Below, in pieces: positions 1 to 9,698 of a DNA stretch of 64,000 nt (position 1 is its first letter; each line of letters starts with the position of its first letter). This DNA is from Candidatus Woesebacteria bacterium (GTDB lineage Bacteria > Patescibacteriota > Microgenomatia > UBA8517). A program made the position numbers and the translations under genes. The stretch covers positions 128,355 to 192,354 of the forward strand of contig CP066686.1 in assembly GCA_016432365.1 (NCBI GenBank). The letters are read 5' to 3'. The notes beneath the pieces were generated by a model, which searched no databases, was not told the DNA's origin, and saw only the letters and a list, made by a program, of their open reading frames with translations.

Positions 1-699
1 CCAACCTATTCCACTGATTCGTTCCATAGCGGCGTCATCGAGATCGTTGTTAAAAAAGGCGCCCGCTCACGTTATACAACAATCCAAAACTGGTCTACAA
101 ATGTTTATAACCTAGTTACCCAACGGGCCAAAGTTTACGGAAACGCGAGTCATGAGTGGGTTGACGCAAATCTCGGATCAAAATTAACAATGAAATATCC
201 ATCTTGTTACCTGATGGAACCTGGGGCTCATGGCGAAATGCTTTCAATGGCCTTTGCCGGACCGGGACAAGTACTTGATGCCGGTAGCAAAATGTATCAT
301 TTTGCCCCCAACACAACAAGTAAGATTACATCAAAATCAATTAGTATGGGTGGCGGTCGATCTTCCTACCGTGGACTTGTTAAGGTTGTCGACGGAGCCA
401 GCGGATCTAAATCCAGCGTTGTTTGCGACGCGCTTATTATGGATCCACAGTCAAGAAGTGATACTTACCCCACAGTCGAAATAGATGAGGACGATACAAC
501 AATCGGGCATGAAGCGTCTGTTTCTAAAGTTGATGATGAAAAACTCTTTTATCTAACAAGCCGGGGTATCTCCAAAGACGAAGCGACCGGCATGGTGGTG
601 AGGGGATTTATAGAACCCCTGGTTAAGGAACTGCCAATGGAATATGCGGTTGAGATGAATCGCTTGTTAGAGCTTCAGATGAGTGGCTCCGTGGGTTGA
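1..699 (+). CDS. sufB: Fe-S cluster assembly protein SufB, C-terminal part (gene begins upstream of window)
   Basis: Frame +1 is open from position 1 and continues into the 190..699 ORF; the C-terminal sequence is SufB/SufD-like (…[12 protein letters not shown]…, …[28 protein letters not shown]…). Confidence 0.8.
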   Translation, partial: PTYSTDSFHSGVIEIVVKKGARSRYTTIQNWSTNVYNLVTQRAKVYGNASHEWVDANLGSKLTMKYPSCYLMEPGAHGEMLSMAFAGPGQVLDAGSKMYHFAPNTTSKITSKSISMGGGRSSYRGLVKVVDGASGSKSSVVCDALIMDPQSRSDTYPTVEIDEDDTTIGHEASVSKVDDEKLFYLTSRGISKDEATGMVVRGFIEPLVKELPMEYAVEMNRLLELQMSGSVG

Positions 700-721
700 T
701 TCTTCTGATATAATTCAACAT

Positions 722-1102
722 ATGGCAGAAAACGTTTATATCAAAAGAACCACCAAGAAAGGGCTTGGGGTTTTTGCGGCCAGGAACATCAAAGAAGGTG
801 AAATTGTAGAAAGCGCTCCTGTTTTAGTTTTTTCTCCAACTGATCGCAAAAATTTAGAAAAAACCCCTCTTAGTCATTATATTTACCCCTGGCGCAGTAC
901 CCGAGGGGCGGCTTTAGCTTTTGGCTATGGGTCAATCTACAACCACTCCTATTCACCCAACGCTGACTGGAAACAGAACTTCAAAACCCAAAGCATGATT
1001 TATCGTGCAATAAAAGATATCAAAAAAGACGAAGAGATAACTGTTAATTATAACGGTGAGCCCGACGAACAAACTCCAATCGATTGGTTTGAAGTAAGCT
1101 AA
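722..1102 (+). CDS. SET-domain protein (lysine methyltransferase-like)
   Basis: SET signature SIYNHSYSPNA (compare NHSCxPN) plus a GEEITVNY motif; start taken at MAENVY to avoid overlap with the sufB stop. Confidence 0.6.
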   Translation: MAENVYIKRTTKKGLGVFAARNIKEGEIVESAPVLVFSPTDRKNLEKTPLSHYIYPWRSTRGAALAFGYGSIYNHSYSPNADWKQNFKTQSMIYRAIKDIKKDEEITVNYNGEPDEQTPIDWFEVS

Positions 1103-1105
1103 ACC

Positions 1106-1501
1106 CTAACCCGTGCCTTCACTTCTATACTGATCGTACTCTAATATCCTGTTTCGCTCCAACGTTTCCAGTTCTTCCCATTTCTCGTCGCCTAAAAAAT
1201 GTTTTAAGTGGGTATCTAAAGTAAGATTTAGGTTCTCAGTCCGAAAAATGCTATCAAATCTAAGTCTTTCCTCTTTGGTCATATCTGCAACGACCCGGCC
1301 AACTGCATCTTCGAGATGTTCCAAATTAGCACTTCCCAAAAACATCCTTTCTACTCTTCCTAAAAGCAAATGAAGAAAATGCCCCGCATCCATTTCCTGC
1401 AGACCAAAGCCCTCCCCCTCGCTTCTTGAGATATCGTGTGTGTTACGTTCTTTGGACACCCTTCCATTATACAAACTTAGGCAAATTATTTGCCATTTCA
1501 A
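1106..1501 (-). CDS. hypothetical protein
   Basis: ORF only; overlaps the 5' end of the + ORF at 1440, so one of the two starts is probably shorter. Confidence 0.3.
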   Translation of the reverse strand: MKWQIICLSLYNGRVSKERNTHDISRSEGEGFGLQEMDAGHFLHLLLGRVERMFLGSANLEHLEDAVGRVVADMTKEERLRFDSIFRTENLNLTLDTHLKHFLGDEKWEELETLERNRILEYDQYRSEGTG

Positions 1502-1973
1502 AGAAATTTGGTATCATGCTCGCGTGGAAAGATTGACTCATTCGGGAAATTTTAATTACGAAATTATTAAAACTTCAAAAAAGGACAGATTTGAATATTC
1601 AATCGGGGACTTTAAATATACCCCACCCGGATGGGTAAAAATTGAAAAAATGTGGTTTCCTCTGGGCTATAAAGTGGTAACCCAGAAAAATCAATCTCTC
1701 GGACTTAGAAGAAATCCGACAATTTATACTTACAAAATTGGCGAGTGGAATATTATGCCGGATGATCAAATAATTGGAGATGATGTGGACGAGGGTGGTA
1801 TATTTTCCGGGGCAAGTCTTGCCTCAGCCAGAAAAACACAAAAATATTGCCTGGAAAGACAAAAAGATCCGTTTGAAACAAGAATCTTTTTCGCGGCAGT
1901 CTATAAACCCTTTCTGGCCAATGGCTACAAAGTTAAGTCGCAAGGAATTATGCTTTTGGAAGAACTAAAATGA
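1440..1973 (+). CDS. hypothetical protein
   Basis: ORF only; no recognisable motif. Confidence 0.35.
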   Translation: MLRSLDTLPLYKLRQIICHFKEIWYHARVERLTHSGNFNYEIIKTSKKDRFEYSIGDFKYTPPGWVKIEKMWFPLGYKVVTQKNQSLGLRRNPTIYTYKIGEWNIMPDDQIIGDDVDEGGIFSGASLASARKTQKYCLERQKDPFETRIFFAAVYKPFLANGYKVKSQGIMLLEELK

Positions 1974-3113
1974 GTTGGTTCCTAGGTTCCCGAGGTGCCG
2001 CAAAAAACTTTCCGAAATTAAATCACTATTATTTGGGTATTCTTCCAACCATTTATAAGTATCGTTAACAAAATATTTAATTTCTCTTTTTGGAACTTTC
2101 GCAAAACGTGGATCGTGGTAATAAATTCTTCCTAACGTCATTCTTCTACACTTTATACAACTTCCACACCAATGATCCGAACTGTTTTCAAAGATGGCGG
2201 GTGTCTCCCTTTCCCACTTTCCTCTATTATTCCCCATTTGGTAAGGAGCGGTAAAGCAATTTTGAACCAAAGGAATAATATCTATACCAAGATTTTTTTC
2301 CAACTTTATAACCTCGCCAATTGTTTCAATGTCGTGTGCATCTATTCCTTCCGCTTGCGAATTTAAACCGGAATCTTTCATCAGTTTATTGAAAAATTCC
2401 CACGCTGGTTTGTACTCACTAAAATGGGATTTTGGACCAACCTGCATATCTCCTTCAATAAAAACCTTGGTTGACCCATAAGGTGCAGAGGCCATAGCAA
2501 CGGCAAGTGCCAAAAACATGTCGCGGGTCCTCATTGCAGAAAAACCTGTATTGTCAGTTCCATTTCTCAACCTAATTTCCTCGTACGGCAAACCAAAACT
2601 TTGAGCCTGCTCGCGACTAGCTACAGCTTCTCTGTAGTTTCCTTTGGGATTTAGATTCCTAAGATGGGCAATCAATACTTTTTTATTTTGCGATAAAAGA
2701 AGTGCAGCTCTATATACCGAGTCCAACCCCCCGGAATGTGCATTTGCATACAAGATTTTTTCCGTTTTATCCTCTTTTGATTCCATAAAAATCGGTTCAA
2801 CCTGATCTTTGCTTTTAACAATTTTAGGTGGAGAAAATCCATAATGTTTATAAACTTCGTTTAAAAATATCGTATGGTCTACTTTAAAGTTTGTTTCAAT
2901 AACTGCCGGAAAATGGCGAATTACCAAATGCGCAAGCATCACCGTACGCGTTAGGTCTTGGGAAGATTGTGAAGTCCCAACTCCAAAATTTTTAGGTTCT
3001 TCAATATAAAGACTTCTGTTTTTATCGGGTGCCGGAAAAGTCAAACCAAAAGGATTTTTTGGAGAAAGATCAACATGTACCCTTCCTGCGCGTTCGAATT
3101 CCATTGCACCCAC
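1965..3113 (-). CDS. PP-loop ATP pyrophosphatase family protein (QueC-like with extension)
   Basis: HSGGLDS PP-loop (SGGxDS) motif and a C-terminal CGSCIKC zinc-type motif as in QueC. At 382 aa it is longer than canonical QueC, so the exact function is uncertain. Confidence 0.55.
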   Translation of the reverse strand: MGAMEFERAGRVHVDLSPKNPFGLTFPAPDKNRSLYIEEPKNFGVGTSQSSQDLTRTVMLAHLVIRHFPAVIETNFKVDHTIFLNEVYKHYGFSPPKIVKSKDQVEPIFMESKEDKTEKILYANAHSGGLDSVYRAALLLSQNKKVLIAHLRNLNPKGNYREAVASREQAQSFGLPYEEIRLRNGTDNTGFSAMRTRDMFLALAVAMASAPYGSTKVFIEGDMQVGPKSHFSEYKPAWEFFNKLMKDSGLNSQAEGIDAHDIETIGEVIKLEKNLGIDIIPLVQNCFTAPYQMGNNRGKWERETPAIFENSSDHWCGSCIKCRRMTLGRIYYHDPRFAKVPKREIKYFVNDTYKWLEEYPNNSDLISESFLRHLGNLGTNSF

Positions 3114-3149
3114 GATAATAACACCAAAAAATAAGTTAACAAGAAGATA

Positions 3150-4499
3150 TCAAAATTCAATTTCCTGATTTAAAATGGGAAGACCAATATCTTTTATTCC
3201 CAAATCTGCTGTTATTTTTTTGGAAAGCGCGGTTCTTGAAATATCCTCACCGTGAGTTATAAAAACTTTCTTTACATCTTTAATATGTTTAAGCCAGCTC
3301 ATGAGCTGTCCTTGATCTGCGTGCGAACTCATTGACCGGGTACTGCCAACTGTGGCGTTAACCGTAGTTTTAATTCCATTAATTACAACTTGCTTATCCC
3401 CTTCCTGGAGCGACCTTCCCAATGTTTCCACCCCTTGATACCCGACAATAAATAATCTGGTTGATGCTATCGGCAAATAAAATGCCGCGTGTCCCACAAT
3501 TCTCCCCCCTACCATCATCCCGCTACCCGCCACAATCACTTTGGGCCCGTTTTGACTATGCAAAGCCTGGCTTTCTTCCCATCCGGGAATAACGGTAAGA
3601 CCTGGGAAGTCAAATGGATTTCCGTTTTTAAATTCACTCTGGATATGCGAGTTAAATATTGGTGAATATTTGTTGTAAACCGCTGTCGCTTTTTGCGCCA
3701 TGGGGCCGTCCATGTAAACCGGTGTTTCTGCTAAAACTTTTCTGTCTTTTTTAAGATGCATAATCATATGCAATATTTCCTGAGTCCTGTCCAGAGAAAA
3801 TGAAGGTATAAGAAGAGCCCCCCCCGAAATTTCAATTGCGTTTATTTCCTTTCTGATGTCATAGCTCGGATCACTTTTTGGATGAAGTTTATCGCCGTAA
3901 GTTGATTCCATAACAACCGCATCCGCCTCATTAATTAGTTCGGTTTCCATCAAAAGATCTTCGGGGGTGTTTCCCAGATCCCCGCTAAAAACAATTTTCC
4001 TGATTCCGGAATTTGGATTTTTATCTATGATTTCCACACTCGCCGAACCTAAAATATGTCCAGCATCCCGAAATGTGACTGTAAAATCACCAATTGTTAC
4101 AGGCTTGCGATATTCTGTGGTTTTGAACTGTCCAATTGTCTTTTCTGCTCCCTCTTTGTTGTACAAAAACGGCTTGCCGTCCTGCTTTGCGATTTTGGCG
4201 CTGTCGAGTAATGAAATCTCCGTCAAATCACGGGTGGGCGCAGTCATCCAAATATCCCCGCTGTAACCTTTGGACGAGAGAATTGGCAATCTGCCACAAT
4301 GGTCTAAATGGGCATGGGTCAAAATTGCCCCTGTCAGATTACTTGGATCGTAATCATACGGCTCATAATTCAACTTATCCTCCGCTTCGGGCCCCTGGAA
4401 CATGCCCAAATCAATTAGAATTGACTGCCCCGAGCCTGAGGTTAGCACATACGAAGACCCTGTCACTGTCCCCGCCGCCCCTAAAAATTTAATCATCAT
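3150..4499 (-). CDS. MBL-fold beta-CASP ribonuclease (RNase J / CPSF-like)
   Basis: N-terminal MMIKFLGAAGTVTGS…LTHAHLDHCG metallo-beta-lactamase motif (HxHxDH), followed by a beta-CASP-like region at 449 aa. Confidence 0.7.
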   Translation of the reverse strand: MMIKFLGAAGTVTGSSYVLTSGSGQSILIDLGMFQGPEAEDKLNYEPYDYDPSNLTGAILTHAHLDHCGRLPILSSKGYSGDIWMTAPTRDLTEISLLDSAKIAKQDGKPFLYNKEGAEKTIGQFKTTEYRKPVTIGDFTVTFRDAGHILGSASVEIIDKNPNSGIRKIVFSGDLGNTPEDLLMETELINEADAVVMESTYGDKLHPKSDPSYDIRKEINAIEISGGALLIPSFSLDRTQEILHMIMHLKKDRKVLAETPVYMDGPMAQKATAVYNKYSPIFNSHIQSEFKNGNPFDFPGLTVIPGWEESQALHSQNGPKVIVAGSGMMVGGRIVGHAAFYLPIASTRLFIVGYQGVETLGRSLQEGDKQVVINGIKTTVNATVGSTRSMSSHADQGQLMSWLKHIKDVKKVFITHGEDISRTALSKKITADLGIKDIGLPILNQEIEF

Positions 4500-4591
4500 A
4501 TGTGTGAACGCTCTTTATTAGAGCGTGATCCTTTTCATATATTTACTGTACAACATTATCGTCCCAACATTAAAGGGAGATCTATGGTATA

Positions 4592-5110
4592 ATGGACACT
4601 ATGGGAAGCTTTAACAGAGACGATAGGCAAGGCGGAGGGTTCCGTGGCGGTTTCCGTGGCGGAAGATCTTCTTTTGGCGGCCCCCGAAGCTTCGATAGAG
4701 GTGGAAATCGTGGAGATAGACCCATGTTTAAGACTACTTGTAGTAACTGCGGTAAAGAATGTGAAGTTCCATTTAGACCCACAAATGGCAAACCTGTGTA
4801 CTGTAGTGATTGTTTTGAAAAAATGGGCAACAGAAGCCAAGGCGGAGACACGAGACGCCCCTCAGCTCCCGCTTTTGACCAAAACAAGGCCACACTTGAT
4901 GCAATAAACGTCAAACTGGACAAAATCTTGAGTCTTTTGCAACCTAAAACAGCAACTCAAGTTGTTTCGGAACCGGTTATCAAGACCGAGGTTAAAGAAG
5001 AAGTAAAACCCGCCTCCGTTGAAAACTCCAGCGAGGCAAAGGAAGAAAAAGTTGTAAAAGCTCCAAAGGCTAAAAAAACTGTTAAAAAGTCGGCCTCCAT
5101 TAAAAAATAA
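4592..5110 (+). CDS. RGG-box / zinc-ribbon (CxxC-x17-CxxC) protein with lysine-rich C-terminal tail
   Basis: N-terminus GGGFRGGFRGGRSSFGGPRSFDRGGNRGDR; zinc ribbon CSNCGKECEVPFRPTNGKPVYCSDCF (zf-trcl-like); tail KAPKAKKTVKKSASIKK. TGGTATAAT sits at 4585-4593, so the real start may be the ATG at 4601 (leaderless). Confidence 0.6.
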   Translation: MDTMGSFNRDDRQGGGFRGGFRGGRSSFGGPRSFDRGGNRGDRPMFKTTCSNCGKECEVPFRPTNGKPVYCSDCFEKMGNRSQGGDTRRPSAPAFDQNKATLDAINVKLDKILSLLQPKTATQVVSEPVIKTEVKEEVKPASVENSSEAKEEKVVKAPKAKKTVKKSASIKK

Positions 5111-5125
5111 TTCGCTTCTGAGGTT

Positions 5126-5815
5126 TTACAGAGAAGACTTAAGTTTCATTGAAAATATATAGTTGTTTTTTAAAACCTCGCATGTGTCGGCTTTAACCGT
5201 ATTATCTCCGGAAAATTCGCGATACAACACGCCGGTGTTCTCACTTACCGGAACAAAACAGGAAACGGTTCCATCGCAAGTATAGGAAAAGGCCTTCAAA
5301 TCACCCGTCAGGTTGATTGGTGCTTCTATGCAACTTCCCAGCTGAACTTGCGCCTTATCTTTACTTATTATTTCCATTGTTTGCCAAATTGGAGAATTTC
5401 CGGAAGTGCGCCCTAATGGAATATAAATTTTGGATTCCGTTCTCGAAAATTCATAAGCATCCTTCCACTTTCCGGATGGGTCGGTAAGATTTACCATGTC
5501 ATCCGACTCAAATATGGTATCTATATAAATTAGGTTATAAAGCCTTGGTCTATAATCTTTGTCTATATACGGATACCCTGTTAAAACCAGATATGTATCC
5601 CTGAAATTGAGAGTGATTTCCCGCGTTTCCTGACCCTCAAATTGATTGTTTTTAGAAACTGTGGGCGTTGAGGTCTTTCCCTGCGCAGATTTATTCCCGG
5701 CAGAACCCCTTTTATTATTCATAAACCAAAATATCCCAATTACGAGTAGAGCCAACAATAGCAGTAACAGCCAAAGGTATTTCTTGCCGAATTTCTTATT
5801 ATTCTCTTCTTCCAT
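5126..5815 (-). CDS. membrane-anchored hypothetical protein
   Basis: N-terminal hydrophobic helix (KYLWLLLLLLALLVIGIFWF) followed by a soluble domain; no known motif. Confidence 0.45.
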   Translation of the reverse strand: MEEENNKKFGKKYLWLLLLLLALLVIGIFWFMNNKRGSAGNKSAQGKTSTPTVSKNNQFEGQETREITLNFRDTYLVLTGYPYIDKDYRPRLYNLIYIDTIFESDDMVNLTDPSGKWKDAYEFSRTESKIYIPLGRTSGNSPIWQTMEIISKDKAQVQLGSCIEAPINLTGDLKAFSYTCDGTVSCFVPVSENTGVLYREFSGDNTVKADTCEVLKNNYIFSMKLKSSL

Positions 5816-5973
5816 GTCTTTGGCCTACATCCTACGGCGATTCACCCCAGCTGTCAAGATTAACAAAGTACTTGACCCCACTGGGAATTTCGCACTCACT
5901 TTTCAAAACTATTCGTCTACGTTTCGTGCCAAATTCTGACGGGATCTGCGAGCCCTAAACAGCTCTTGACAAA

Positions 5974-6000
5974 TTAGCACTCGATATACTAGACTGCTAA
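5974..6000 (+). promoter_or_regulatory. CIRCE-like inverted repeat (HrcA-operator-like) upstream of the Hsp20 gene
   Basis: TTAGCACTC-N9-GACTGCTAA differs from the CIRCE consensus TTAGCACTC-N9-GAGTGCTAA at one position. TTGACA lies at 5966-5971 and the RBS AGGGAGGTG at 6011-6019. Confidence 0.55.
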
Positions 6001-6027
6001 TATACACAGAAGGGAGGTGAATATATT

Positions 6028-6456
6028 ATGCAAATAGTAAAATTTAATCCTTTTTCTCCATTCATCAACGATAGATTTTTTTCTACCTTTGATGACGACG
6101 AAAGCTGGCCGACCATTAAAACAAATGACGGCTTGGATGTTTACGAAACAGATTCAGACGTCGTGGTTAAGGCCGCTGTTCCGGGAATTCCATCAGATAA
6201 AGTCGAAGTAACTTTTGAAGACGGTGTTCTTAGAATATCCGCCAAATCTGAAGAAACTAAGGAAGAGAAGGATAAAAAGAAAGTAGTTTACAGACAGCAA
6301 AGAGCGAGCTACTTTGATTACACCACAACACTCCCCAGAGCCGTTGAAGGCAATAAAATTTCAGCAGAGGTAAGTGATGGTGTGGTCACCGTCAAAGCCC
6401 CAATCGCCCAAGAAGCAAAACCAAAAAGAATTGCTGTCAAAGCAAGGGCAAAGTAA
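6028..6456 (+). CDS. Hsp20/alpha-crystallin family small heat-shock protein
   Basis: Alpha-crystallin domain: …DVYETDSDVVVKAAVPGIPSDKVEVTFEDGVLRISAK…; strong RBS present. Confidence 0.85.
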   Translation: MQIVKFNPFSPFINDRFFSTFDDDESWPTIKTNDGLDVYETDSDVVVKAAVPGIPSDKVEVTFEDGVLRISAKSEETKEEKDKKKVVYRQQRASYFDYTTTLPRAVEGNKISAEVSDGVVTVKAPIAQEAKPKRIAVKARAK

Positions 6457-6478
6457 CTACGTCCAAAAGACCAAAAAA

Positions 6479-6505
6479 CCTCGTCTGTGTGACGGGGTTT
6501 TTTGC
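6479..6505 (+). terminator. rho-independent terminator after the Hsp20 gene
   Basis: CCTCGTC-tgtgt-GACGGGG hairpin followed by TTTTTT. Confidence 0.5.
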
Positions 6506-6521
6506 GATTTTGAAAAACCCA

Positions 6522-7127
6522 TCATTTTTTTGTAACTTCCAACATCCACCCGAAGTTTTTTCGTTTACCCGTTGTCCATCTTTTCTCAAATATCCCGACT
6601 GGAATCGGTCTTATCCCCTTACCATACTTCGTCTCGCGAAACCCAATTAGAGGATCCATCAATAAAAACTTTTCGTTGTAGTCATCTTCACTAAACCCAA
6701 AAACAATCGAATAGTGACCGTGCTTTTCACTTTTACCCGCTCTCCACTCGCTTTCTTTCTCTTTCAAAAATTCCGGGCGGTAATCAGTGTCGGGCGCCTG
6801 ATATTCAACCAAACAGAAATGTTTTCTTTGAAGCACACGTTTAATTGCCGGAATATCTGCCTTTGGATGCTCCCTGACACTAAGCCCCTTTCCCCTCAGA
6901 ACTTTAATGATTTTATCTGTGTCTGATGTTCCGTCTTTTGTTGTTCCTAATTCACTGTAGATCTTGTCATAATCTGCACGAATACCAAAAGTTAAAAATA
7001 AAGCCAAGACAACGCTCTCTGCGCAGTCCTCATCCCCCCGCTGGTTTTCTACCGCAACATGCTTAGGCCCTATTACATTTTTCGGTGATGTAAAGAGGTT
7101 CCTCTCTTTCATGCGGATATATGCCAT
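6522..7127 (-). CDS. hypothetical protein, possible papain-like (C39-like) cysteine peptidase
   Basis: Candidate Cys (GDEDCAESVV) and His (HGHYSIVFG) catalytic pair; start trimmed to MAYIRMKER to avoid overlapping the upstream gene. Weak call. Confidence 0.35.
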   Translation of the reverse strand: MAYIRMKERNLFTSPKNVIGPKHVAVENQRGDEDCAESVVLALFLTFGIRADYDKIYSELGTTKDGTSDTDKIIKVLRGKGLSVREHPKADIPAIKRVLQRKHFCLVEYQAPDTDYRPEFLKEKESEWRAGKSEKHGHYSIVFGFSEDDYNEKFLLMDPLIGFRETKYGKGIRPIPVGIFEKRWTTGKRKNFGWMLEVTKK

Positions 7128-7134
7128 AATTTTG

Positions 7135-7494
7135 TCATTGTGTTTTAATTCGCCGGCCAACAGCCAAGGGCAACAGGAAAGTTAAAATATAATACAAATA
7201 AACATCCAATTTATAATACCCGTCGGAGGGTTTAAATAACTTCACAAGAAAAATGTAATCAAAAAATATAGCAATAAGTGTCCATATAACCCCAAGCAAC
7301 AAATAGTAACGAAGCGAACGAGATTTAATTTTTTTCAATAAAACCCAGAGTGTAATTACAATTCCGATCGGCATTATCACCCAACCAAGAAGAGCCGAAG
7401 GGACAAACACGAAGAGGACTATACCCAAGACATACCCAATCAGCCAAAGAATAAATCCCCAACCAACCGTGTCCATAAGAAGCCGTTTGTTCAT
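7135..7494 (-). CDS. small integral membrane protein
   Basis: 3-4 predicted TM helices across 119 aa. Confidence 0.45.
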   Translation of the reverse strand: MNKRLLMDTVGWGFILWLIGYVLGIVLFVFVPSALLGWVIMPIGIVITLWVLLKKIKSRSLRYYLLLGVIWTLIAIFFDYIFLVKLFKPSDGYYKLDVYLYYILTFLLPLAVGRRIKTQ

Positions 7495-7617
7495 CGCACT
7501 CTAATTGATATTATTACATTGACATGAAGCTTTCAATTATTACCCGCTGGGAATGCTGCATGTTTATGTAAGAGCTCCCCCTTTGGAAGAAAAAACAAAA
7601 TGTTAGAAATTCAACTT

Positions 7618-8244
7618 TTATGATTGTCGAATGAAAGTATAATTGGCGGATTGTATTTTTAATTTATTCATAACTTGTTTATACTCCCCAATCTTTTCGT
7701 CTACGGATCCATGTAAATCATCAATGAGTATCACCCCCCGCAATTTATCTTTAGGTGTTTTAGTCACCACCTCCATACCCGGACTTCGCAATAAATGAGG
7801 TCTGGGTGTTGAGATGGTCATGAACTCAAAAAACGGATGATTCTCCTGAAGTTGAACGAAATAACGATCTCCTGCTTTGGTTTTAGAGGGACTGGCATAG
7901 GTTCTTGTATAATCAACTTCCTTTGTACCGGCAGGATATATCTTTACATTCCATGCTCCACCTCTAATCTGAAACCCTTCAGTCATAATAGATAAAAAAT
8001 TTTGAAAGGAGTCGACACCATTTGCGTCTCCGACCCCGTGAACGTAAGGAATGGGAACAAACTTAAATCCGAGCTCGTTCTTTTCAACCTGATATGGAGT
8101 AGTTATATGTTTCGAGTTCTGAAGATAAATACAGCCAACTGGTTCCGCCTCGGTAAGTAACGGTTTTATTTGATCAAATTGTTTTCCAAAATTAACAAAT
8201 TTCTTTTCCAAAACATCAGGATTTGCAACTTCTTCAAACGACAT
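7618..8244 (-). CDS. hypothetical protein
   Basis: ORF only. Confidence 0.45.
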   Translation of the reverse strand: MSFEEVANPDVLEKKFVNFGKQFDQIKPLLTEAEPVGCIYLQNSKHITTPYQVEKNELGFKFVPIPYVHGVGDANGVDSFQNFLSIMTEGFQIRGGAWNVKIYPAGTKEVDYTRTYASPSKTKAGDRYFVQLQENHPFFEFMTISTPRPHLLRSPGMEVVTKTPKDKLRGVILIDDLHGSVDEKIGEYKQVMNKLKIQSANYTFIRQS

Positions 8245-8247
8245 GTC

Positions 8248-8688
8248 CTAATAATACAACGTACCACACCCGGCTGTCATGGGGCCTACTCCTGGCGCAT
8301 AGGTTTCAGGGATAGTTTGGAGGCTCAAACTTATACAAAAGTAAAACACACCAATAAGGAAGATTACAAACCCCCAAAACACCTGTCCTCCTTTGAACAT
8401 TTGCGTTTTTTTGTTGACGCGGCCGGGTAGTGCAATTTTTTCAATTCCTTTTAACAATGTTGTCCAACCCAAAATGGTAATAGCCACCCTCCAATCGGCA
8501 ACCCAAATATTGTGCAGGGTTACAGTCATCAATCCTAGAAGAAATGTAATGTACCCGGTGGAGACAGTAATGGTTTTGTCTTCTGTGTATTTTATAATCC
8601 TGCCCAACAGTTTTGCGCCAACAGACATCAGACCCAAAATAATAAAAAGGCTTCCCCAAAATCTTGCGAGGTAGATTGAAATTTCCAT
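8248..8688 (-). CDS. integral membrane protein
   Basis: Four hydrophobic segments. Confidence 0.45.
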   Translation of the reverse strand: MEISIYLARFWGSLFIILGLMSVGAKLLGRIIKYTEDKTITVSTGYITFLLGLMTVTLHNIWVADWRVAITILGWTTLLKGIEKIALPGRVNKKTQMFKGGQVFWGFVIFLIGVFYFCISLSLQTIPETYAPGVGPMTAGCGTLYY

Positions 8689-8766
8689 ATTTATTTATAC
8701 TTTTAGTATATATCCAGAAGCACCAAATGCATTAATAATAGGATTCTTAGACATGTAATAATTATA

Positions 8767-9072
8767 TTACACCGCCTTTTTGTTAAGTATCCCCCGGACC
8801 GATGGGCTTAGGCGTTTATCTGTACGGTGAATGCAACCCAACCAACAGCATGGCCTGCGCTTCCCAGTTTTGAGTTCACTAATTGTTCTTTTAACATGCT
8901 CGTTCCTTGTCTCCTCTTTCTTAACTGATATAACCCAGCAAATCCACTCATTACGGGCAAGTGGTGTAAGTCCATCCCAAATTACAACAGCTTTCCGGTC
9001 GACAACCAAAGCATTCCGTAAGTCAGCCGGCACATTGTGAACCACACCGTTTGAAACATTTATTCTTCTCAT
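8767..9072 (-). CDS. YdeI/OmpD-associated family protein
   Basis: Motif EWICWVISVKKEETRNEHVKR, characteristic of this family; TGATATAAT sits directly upstream of the ATG (leaderless). Confidence 0.55.
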   Translation of the reverse strand: MRRINVSNGVVHNVPADLRNALVVDRKAVVIWDGLTPLARNEWICWVISVKKEETRNEHVKRTISELKTGKRRPCCWLGCIHRTDKRLSPSVRGILNKKAV

Positions 9073-9107
9073 CTCGATATTATATCAAGAGTTCGTCCTC
9101 ACCCCAC

Positions 9108-9623
9108 TTAGGCTGCAGCCGGTAGAACAATTTTTCTATCTACAATCTGCCACTTTATAGAACCGTCAACGACAACTCTCAAACCCATCAAACCAAAGTA
9201 GTCCGCATTAGGTTCTACGGTTACCTGAACATCTAGGTCTTTATCGTCCGGTGCAATAGCACAACAAAAAACGACTTCAGGAGTACCCAAGTCCCGATTC
9301 CTCATATTTCCTCTTCTATTCCAACCAGGAGCTGATTGGGATAGTTCAGCAATCTGCTTTGATTGATATATCGTTGGTCTTTCAGGAAAAAAGAACAATT
9401 CCCCACCATTAGGAACAACTTCATTTAAAACCTTTGGCGAAAAATGAAAACCACGCACCGCTTTCGCCGGACCAACCCATTTTTCTCCACGCTTTAAACA
9501 AGCAACCATATCGTAATACTCGCTAGGTGCGTTTTGCTCCAAATTGGGGGCAATTGTCTCCTTCTTATTGGCAGATCTCCATTGGTGAGCCAGGTCGACA
9601 GAATCTAAATCAATGCGATCCAT
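9108..9623 (-). CDS. hypothetical protein
   Basis: ORF only. Confidence 0.45.
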   Translation of the reverse strand: MDRIDLDSVDLAHQWRSANKKETIAPNLEQNAPSEYYDMVACLKRGEKWVGPAKAVRGFHFSPKVLNEVVPNGGELFFFPERPTIYQSKQIAELSQSAPGWNRRGNMRNRDLGTPEVVFCCAIAPDDKDLDVQVTVEPNADYFGLMGLRVVVDGSIKWQIVDRKIVLPAAA

Positions 9624-9698
9624 ACCAGGATTATATCAGAGTCTTTGTGTTCCGAAATTGAGTGGAGGGTTGGTATGGTATTGCTGACACAGTTAAAA

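Noticed and set aside
4644-4907. 87 aa + strand ORF in an alternative frame of the RGG zinc-ribbon gene
   Set aside because: Alternative-frame reading of GGN-rich codons. The zinc-ribbon frame carries the conserved Cys pattern.
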